Shown here: in pieces, positions 58,393-64,000 of the stretch
Position numbering within the stretch: the stretch's first letter is position 1
How the letters are laid out: every line of letters starts with the position of its first letter
DNA from: an uncultured Bacteroidales bacterium
GTDB lineage: Bacteria; Bacteroidota; Bacteroidia; Bacteroidales; Marinilabiliaceae
DNA: 64,000 nt
Assembly (NCBI GenBank): GCA_934699135.1
Contig: CAKUVM010000004.1
Location: forward strand, 17,331 to 81,330
Direction: 5' to 3'
Position numbers and translations under genes: made by a program
Notes under the pieces: generated by a model
What the model was told of the DNA's origin: nothing
Database searches by the model: none
The model's input: only the letters and a program-made list of their open reading frames with translations

Positions 58393-59445
58393 CTATGACA
58401 TTTTGTCAGCCGCCGGGCGCAAAACTTTATCCACCACGACTTCCGGCTCAATGTCGAAGCAACGATAGTCTCCCAGCCGGCAAGGTTTGTTGCCAAATAC
58501 AGAGCAAGGGCGGCAACTCAAGTCGGCGCGCTGCACGCAGTCGCTCATTTTCTGGCCATAGCCCAAGAAACCGGCGAATGGGTGAGTGGCGCCCCATATG
58601 GAGACCACCCTGACGCCATAGAGCGAGCAGACGTGCATGGCGGACGAGTCCATGGAGAGCATGACATCGAGGTTGGACATCAGAGCCATCTCCTCGGCCA
58701 ATTTCATACGCCCAATCATGACGCTGCAACCATCGCGGCCTGCGGCCAGTGTCTCCGCCTTAGCCTTCTCGACGGCTCCGCCTCCAAAAAGGAAGACCTT
58801 GACCCCAGGCGTCGCCAAGAGCAGATCCAGCACGCGGGCCATACGCTCCATAGGGTACATCTTGCCCGCGTGCTGAGCGAATGGTGACACGCCAATCCAC
58901 ACGTCCGCCCCTTTTACCAACCCGCCGCAGCAGCCAGGCAACGCCTCTTTGGGCCTCAGGCGCAGCCCGTCTGGCACCGCCAAGCCTGCTTTTTTGAAGA
59001 CGTCGGCATACCTCAGCGTCATGGGCCTCAGCTGCTTATGCTCTTTGCCACTCACAAGCCTGCGCTTCTCGGCCCTGCCCTTGTCTATGGTGAAGACCTT
59101 GGCGCCAGTCAGGCGGAAGAGCGACCTCAAGACTTTTGTCCGCAGCACGTCATGCAGGTCTATGACAAGGTCATATTTGCCGGCCTCGCCTCGCCCCTGC
59201 GCCTTGTCGCTCCTCAAGTCCTGGAAAAGATGCCAAAGCGACGCGAGCCCGCGCCTCTGCTTGCGGATGTCGGTGCCCACGAAGTGGAAATTGGGCAGCC
59301 TCTCGAAAAAGGGCTCGAAGAACGGGGTGGAGAGGAAATCGACCTCGACGTCGGGGTTTGCCCGGCAGACGGAGGCCACGATGGGCGCTGTCATGGCCAC
59401 GTCTCCCATCGCCGTGAGGCGCATGACGAGGATGCGGCGGCTCAT
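58393..59445 (-). CDS. Glycosyltransferase family 9 (heptosyltransferase-like)
   Basis: The N-terminal ILVMRLTAMGDVAMTAP is typical of GT9. 350 aa. The ATG overlaps the upstream stop (ATGA at 59442-59445). Confidence 0.75.
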   Translation of the reverse strand: MSRRILVMRLTAMGDVAMTAPIVASVCRANPDVEVDFLSTPFFEPFFERLPNFHFVGTDIRKQRRGLASLWHLFQDLRSDKAQGRGEAGKYDLVIDLHDVLRTKVLRSLFRLTGAKVFTIDKGRAEKRRLVSGKEHKQLRPMTLRYADVFKKAGLAVPDGLRLRPKEALPGCCGGLVKGADVWIGVSPFAQHAGKMYPMERMARVLDLLLATPGVKVFLFGGGAVEKAKAETLAAGRDGCSVMIGRMKLAEEMALMSNLDVMLSMDSSAMHVCSLYGVRVVSIWGATHPFAGFLGYGQKMSDCVQRADLSCRPCSVFGNKPCRLGDYRCFDIEPEVVVDKVLRPAADKMS

Positions 59446-60047
59446 TTCTTGATGGCGTAGAGGATGGGGTTTAGAGACGGGTCGTTATACATCTTCATCT
59501 GCTTGTATACCTTCATATACTTCTCCCCCGCCTCAATGTCTGCCAAGAGCTGCTGTATGGCCAAAGACAAGTCGTCATGCTGCTCATTGAGGACGGCCAG
59601 TTTCTTTGCGCAGGTGTCTTTGTGAGCCTTGTCGGCATCGGCGCGCGCGGCCTCAATGCCCATATGATAAATCTTTAGGGCGAGTATTGAGAGGCGGTCA
59701 ATGGCCCATGCGGGACTCTCGGTGTTGATGCGAGCCCCGGGGTTGACCTTCACGTCTTTATACTTATCAAGGAAGTAGGAGTCGATATACTCCACCATGT
59801 CTGTGCGCTCTTGGTTGGAGGCGTCGATGCGCCTCTTTATGGCGAGAGCTTTGACAGGGTCAATCTGCGGGTCGCGGATTATGTCCTCCAGGTGCCATTG
59901 GACGGTGTCTATCCAGTTTTTGCGATACATGAGGTGCTCAATGGCGTTGGCGGGGTATGGGTTGCGGAGCGGGGTGTCCACGTTGTCGGTCTTGTGGTAG
60001 TCGTCAATGGCCTCGTTGAACACTCTCCAATAGGTCTCGGTCTCCAT
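59442..60047 (-). CDS. Hypothetical protein, DUF4254-like by context
   Basis: 201 aa, helical, translationally coupled to the GT9 gene. From memory, DUF4254 proteins pair with GT9 genes in Bacteroidota. Not verified. Confidence 0.5.
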   Translation of the reverse strand: METETYWRVFNEAIDDYHKTDNVDTPLRNPYPANAIEHLMYRKNWIDTVQWHLEDIIRDPQIDPVKALAIKRRIDASNQERTDMVEYIDSYFLDKYKDVKVNPGARINTESPAWAIDRLSILALKIYHMGIEAARADADKAHKDTCAKKLAVLNEQHDDLSLAIQQLLADIEAGEKYMKVYKQMKMYNDPSLNPILYAIKK

Positions 60048-60093
60048 AATGTTCTCTTTTGTTTGGGAAGAAGGCTCTTATATGTCGCGAGGC

Positions 60094-60135
60094 GGGGGAC
60101 AGGCGCGCCGCGCAGGCTGACGCACCCTGTCTCCC
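60094..60135 (-). terminator. Hairpin downstream of the Skp cluster (possible terminator)
   Basis: 10-bp stem gggggacagg / cctgtctccc with one mismatch and a 22-nt loop. No U-tract. Confidence 0.3.
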
Positions 60136-60170
60136 GTCTCGGATGGTTATGAAAAAATACTTTGGACGGC

Positions 60171-60686
60171 CTACTTGCCTGCCATCTTAACCTTTACGAG
60201 GGGAGCGGCGTCTATGCTCTGCTCCGAGGTGTAAAGGATCACTTGCGAGGTGGTGTCAAAGATGTAGATGAACTTGTTCTCTTTCCCCACCTCGTCTAGA
60301 GCCTTCTGATATTTGTCCAATATTGGAGCCATAAGCTGCTGCTCCTTTTGCGAGAGGCTCTGCTGCGCCAGCTGTTGGAAGCTCTGGATGCGCGCCTGTG
60401 TGTCTTGCAGCTCTTTCTCTTTGGTGGCGCGGATAAGCTCGGGCAGGGAGTCGCGTTTGTTGGCATACTCCTGGAATTTCTGCTGAAGCTCATTTTGCAT
60501 CACCGTCATCTGGTCTTCAAGTTTCTTGGCCTCATCTTGCAATTGCTGCTGCGCCTGCGCGAACTCAGGCAGCTCGGCTAGGAACTTTTGCGAGTTGATG
60601 TGAGCGAACTTGAGGTCTTGCGCCTCGACGCAGACGGAAGCGACGGCAATGACGGCCGCGGTCAGGATGGTCTTAACAAGTTTCAT
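60171..60686 (-). CDS. OmpH/Skp-family periplasmic chaperone
   Basis: A signal peptide followed by a Q/E/K-rich coiled coil. 171 aa. bamA context. Confidence 0.8.
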   Translation of the reverse strand: MKLVKTILTAAVIAVASVCVEAQDLKFAHINSQKFLAELPEFAQAQQQLQDEAKKLEDQMTVMQNELQQKFQEYANKRDSLPELIRATKEKELQDTQARIQSFQQLAQQSLSQKEQQLMAPILDKYQKALDEVGKENKFIYIFDTTSQVILYTSEQSIDAAPLVKVKMAGK

Positions 60687-60729
60687 TTGAAGAGGTTGTT
60701 ACGTGTGGGGGAGAGTGTATGGGTGATTT

Positions 60730-61242
60730 TTATTTTATTCCGAGTTGCTTCTTGACGAGTTCCGTCACGTCAATGCTTTGTGACCCGATGCTCAGCACGA
60801 GTCCGGACTTGGCCTCAAAGATGTAGAGGAAACCGTTGTTGGCCCCGACTTGCTGCACTGCGTTGAGGACCTTTTGCGAGATGGGCGTGATGAGCTCCTG
60901 CTGTTTTTTTTGGAGGTCTTGCATCGCAGTCTGCCGATAGGTCATGATTCGCTGCTGCATGTCTTGCAGCTCCTCCTCCTTGGCGGCTTGCTCCTCCGAT
61001 GTCATGTTTTTTTGCGCCGCTTGATAGGCGGACACTTGCTTGCTGAAGTCCTCTTGCAGGGCCGTCAGCTGCGCCTCGCATTTGGCGGACTCGGCCTCCA
61101 TGGTCTTCTTCATGGCCTGAGCCTCGGGGAGCGACTCGATGAGCGTGCCGCTGTCGAAATGGCCGAACTTTGGCTTCTGCGCCTCGGCTGTGAGGCAGAG
61201 GGCTAGAGCCGCCACGGCAGCGACAATCAGTTTACTAAGCAT
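60730..61242 (-). CDS. OmpH/Skp-family periplasmic chaperone
   Basis: Signal peptide MLSKLIVAAVAALALCLTAEAQ, followed by a coiled coil. 170 aa. Confidence 0.8.
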   Translation of the reverse strand: MLSKLIVAAVAALALCLTAEAQKPKFGHFDSGTLIESLPEAQAMKKTMEAESAKCEAQLTALQEDFSKQVSAYQAAQKNMTSEEQAAKEEELQDMQQRIMTYRQTAMQDLQKKQQELITPISQKVLNAVQQVGANNGFLYIFEAKSGLVLSIGSQSIDVTELVKKQLGIK

Positions 61243-61287
61243 AATAGAGTTTTGGTTGGAAAAATGACGTGAGTGTATTCGCCTCCC

Positions 61288-61803
61288 TTATTTGCCGTAG
61301 CCAAGCTTGGCCAAGACGGCATCGGACACGTCTAGGCTCTTGTCTGCGAAAAGGAGACCCGCGGAGGACGCCTTGTCCCACACGGCGGAATAGTTCTTCT
61401 CCTGCGCCAATGAGGATATGGCGTTGAAGATCTGGTCTTGAATGGGTTTGACGAGAATCTCACGCTGCTTGAAGAGCTCGCCGTTTTGCCCGAAATATTG
61501 TTGCTGGAGCTTCTTGGCCGCCTGCTCTTTCTGGACAATCTCGTTTTCCTTTGACACTTTCATGTCGTTTGAGAGGAAAACGCTCTCGTTGCGATAGGTG
61601 TCATAGAGCTTCTCCACCTCTTGCATCTTGGCTTTGACGTCGTCCTCATATTTTTTCGAGAGCTTGTTGAGCTGCTCGTTGGCGGTCTCGTAGGCCGGGA
61701 TGTTTTTGAGGATGTAGTCGGTATCGACAAAGACAACTTTCTGTGCCTGGGTCGCGACGATGGCCGCGGCCATCAGCACGATTGAGAGTAATATCTTGCG
61801 CAT
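61288..61803 (-). CDS. OmpH/Skp-family periplasmic chaperone
   Basis: I trimmed the start to ATG 61803 (MRKILLSIVLMAAAIVATQAQ), followed by a coiled coil. Confidence 0.75.
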   Translation of the reverse strand: MRKILLSIVLMAAAIVATQAQKVVFVDTDYILKNIPAYETANEQLNKLSKKYEDDVKAKMQEVEKLYDTYRNESVFLSNDMKVSKENEIVQKEQAAKKLQQQYFGQNGELFKQREILVKPIQDQIFNAISSLAQEKNYSAVWDKASSAGLLFADKSLDVSDAVLAKLGYGK

Positions 61804-61869
61804 TGTTGCTAAGGTTTTTGTTGTTAAACAATGTGTTCCGGCGTAGCGAAGCAATAAGCGTGCCAATGG

Positions 61870-64000
61870 CTAGAACGACTGTCCCATGACGAAGTGGAAC
61901 TGGCTTCCGCCGGCGCCGTTGTAACCCGCCACCTCGTCGAAGCCGTAGCCCCAGTCCATGCCGAGCAAGCCGAAGATGGGCAAGAAGATCCTGACGCCGA
62001 CGCCGGCCGACCTCTTGAGGTCGAATGGGCTATAGTCCTCAAACTTGCTCCAGCAGTTGCCCGCCTCGGCGAAGGCCAAGACGAAGACGGTGGCCTGCGG
62101 CTGGAGGGTTATGGGGTATCGCAACTCCATGGTGTACTTGTTGTATATGTTGCCATCGTAGGAGTAGGACGAGGACGCGCGCGGGGTGAGTGAGGAGTTC
62201 TCGTAGCCGCGCAGGCCGATGGTCTCCTCTCCATAGGTGCTATATCCGCTCATACCGTCGCCACCCATGACGTATTTCTCGAAAGGCGACTTACGATATC
62301 TGTTGTAGTAGCCCAAGAAGCCCATCTCGAACTTGCCCATAAGGATGAGCTTGCGGTTTGGCGTGAGCGGCTTGAACACCTGGCCCTTGAGACTCCACTT
62401 GTGATACTCAATGAAATTGTAGAGAACCTTCTGGTTATCCTCGTTTCGCCAGTCGTGGCTGGAGAAAGCGGAATAGGGCGGCGTGAACTTGACGCCGATG
62501 GAGAAGTTGGATCCCGAGCGCGTGTAGATGGGGTTGTCTATTGAGTTTCGGGAGAGCGTCACGCCGAAAGCCAGGTTGTGGCTCTGGCCGTTTTGCATAA
62601 GGAAGTATTGCCAGTTGCGGAGGCGGTAGTGCTGGTATGAGACATCTAGGTAGAGCACAAACCAGTCGTCTGGCCATGTGAGCCTCTTGCCGAAGCCGAC
62701 CGAGAAGCCGGACACTTTCCTATATTGCTGAAGGCTGCTCTTGCTCGGGACAACCTGCTGCTCATTGGAGTAGCCGCTAGAGTAGCCGTTGTAGAAGTTG
62801 TTGTAGTAGCTTGAGCTGACGCCCGTCTGTGAAGAGTAGAACGCGGAGACGGTGAGGGAGTTAGGCCTCTTGCCTCCGAGCCACGGCTCCGTGAATGAGA
62901 ACGAGAGAGACTTGAAATATTTGCCGTTGGCCTGAGCCTTGAGCGAGAGCTTCTGGCCGTCGCCCGTCGGGAGCGGGGAGTAGGCCTCCTTGTTGAATAT
63001 GTTTTGGAGAGAGAAGTTGTTGAATGAGACGCCAATGGAGCCCACGAACATGCCCGCGCCCCAGCCGCCGGAGAGCTCAATCTGATCATTGCTCTTCTCC
63101 TCCAGGTTGTAAACAATATCAACCGTCCCGTTGTCGTAGTTAGGCTGCGGCACTGGGTTGATGGTCTCTGGATTGAAATGTCCGAGTTGCGCAAGCTCAC
63201 GCACGGTACGAATGAGTTCAGACTTGCTGAAGAGCTGGCCTGGCTTGGTGCGAATCTCACGGCGGATGACGTGCTCCTTGGTCTTGTCGTTGCCCTTGAT
63301 AATCACCTCATTGATGGTGGCTTGCGAACCCTCCACAACTCTCATCTCCAAATCGATGGTGTCGCCCTCTACTTTGGACTCCACGGGAGTGATGTTTGAG
63401 AAGAGGTAGCCATTGTCCATATAGAGGTTATGAACGGCGTCATCGTCTTGGAAGAGTCGTTTGTCAAGTTTCTTGGTGTCGTAGATGTCGCCGCGTTTCA
63501 TTCCGAGGACATGACTCAGGTACTCACCAGTGTATATGCTGTTTCCCACCCAAGAGACGTCTCCAATGAAATATTGGTCGCCCTCCTCGATGTAGACGTC
63601 AATGTCCACCGTGTTGTCGTCATTGCGCTCCACGGTCTGCTTGACCACCTTGGCGTCATGATAACCATGCTCATTGTAGAAGTCGATCAAGGCCACGAGG
63701 TCTTTCTCATAGAGCTCCTTGACGAACTTTTTGGTGCGGAAGAAGTTCATAAGGCCCTTCTGGTTGGTCTTCTTCATGGCCTTATTCAACTTCCGGTAGC
63801 TCATGACGTTATTGCCATGGAAGCGCAACTTCCTGACCTTCACCTTGTCTTTCTTATCCACCGTGATGTCAAGAATCACGTGGTTATCTTTTTCCCTGTC
63901 AGCCCTTTGGTTGACGGAGACCTCGACGTTGTAGAAGCCTTTGCCCACAAAATAGTCCCTGACATATTTTTCGGCCCTCTTGACGAGGAAAGGCGTCACC
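61870..64000 (-). CDS. bamA: Outer membrane protein assembly factor BamA (C-terminal ~710 codons; N-terminus beyond the window end)
   Basis: POTRA-like repeats are followed by a large beta-barrel ending ...GGSQFHFVMGQSF, with a terminal Phe. The M at 63999 in the track is an internal GTG at the window edge. Confidence 0.9.
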   Translation of the reverse strand, partial: VTPFLVKRAEKYVRDYFVGKGFYNVEVSVNQRADREKDNHVILDITVDKKDKVKVRKLRFHGNNVMSYRKLNKAMKKTNQKGLMNFFRTKKFVKELYEKDLVALIDFYNEHGYHDAKVVKQTVERNDDNTVDIDVYIEEGDQYFIGDVSWVGNSIYTGEYLSHVLGMKRGDIYDTKKLDKRLFQDDDAVHNLYMDNGYLFSNITPVESKVEGDTIDLEMRVVEGSQATINEVIIKGNDKTKEHVIRREIRTKPGQLFSKSELIRTVRELAQLGHFNPETINPVPQPNYDNGTVDIVYNLEEKSNDQIELSGGWGAGMFVGSIGVSFNNFSLQNIFNKEAYSPLPTGDGQKLSLKAQANGKYFKSLSFSFTEPWLGGKRPNSLTVSAFYSSQTGVSSSYYNNFYNGYSSGYSNEQQVVPSKSSLQQYRKVSGFSVGFGKRLTWPDDWFVLYLDVSYQHYRLRNWQYFLMQNGQSHNLAFGVTLSRNSIDNPIYTRSGSNFSIGVKFTPPYSAFSSHDWRNEDNQKVLYNFIEYHKWSLKGQVFKPLTPNRKLILMGKFEMGFLGYYNRYRKSPFEKYVMGGDGMSGYSTYGEETIGLRGYENSSLTPRASSSYSYDGNIYNKYTMELRYPITLQPQATVFVLAFAEAGNCWSKFEDYSPFDLKRSAGVGVRIFLPIFGLLGMDWGYGFDEVAGYNGAGGSQFHFVMGQSF

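Overview
This 64-kb window is a densely coding, mostly housekeeping chromosomal segment that looks like Bacteroidota (Bacteroidales-like). Three things support that assignment: TAnnTTTG-type promoter boxes, a BspA-type LRR protein with a T9SS-like C-terminal tail, and a bamA-Skp-Skp-Skp arrangement. I call about 62 CDS. I saw no rRNA, tRNA, CRISPR array, transposase or integrase.

Recognisable content:
- atpD (partial; missing from the ORF track because it has no in-window stop)
- a polyprenyl synthase, tsaC, dapD, an ABCG-type fused transporter, carA and an Smr-domain protein
- mutL-rhomboid-rhomboid-EEP
- a gamma-carbonic-anhydrase-like gene, a secreted protein gene and murI
- lysS-gpsA-pgi and proCBA
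- bactofilin, an AtpZ-like gene and atpBEFHAG
- murF, an AOTCase/SOTCase-family carbamoyltransferase, dxs, serB, pssA, a GAF-PP2C phosphatase and efp
- parE and parC, a HIT protein, greA, a YugP-type peptidase, and GT9 plus a DUF4254-like gene
- three OmpH/Skp genes and bamA (partial)

Many long ORFs in the track are antisense shadows of these GC-rich genes. Several track starts are TTG/GTG extensions, which I trimmed to in-frame ATGs.

The only clearly accessory element is a 1.2-kb low-GC insertion sitting exactly between parE and parC. It carries a beta-class DNA methyltransferase plus a small unknown ORF and is bracketed by a 7-bp direct repeat.

Other items worth a second look:
- a translationally coupled pair of secreted beta-barrel-like proteins, one with a ComEA-like HhH domain
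- a terminator-like hairpin in a long AT-rich region upstream of greA
- a 900-aa membrane-anchored propeller-like protein

I did not find a convincing multi-gene novel system. The methylase islet is my best candidate. All product calls rest on motif and family recognition by eye, with no database search.
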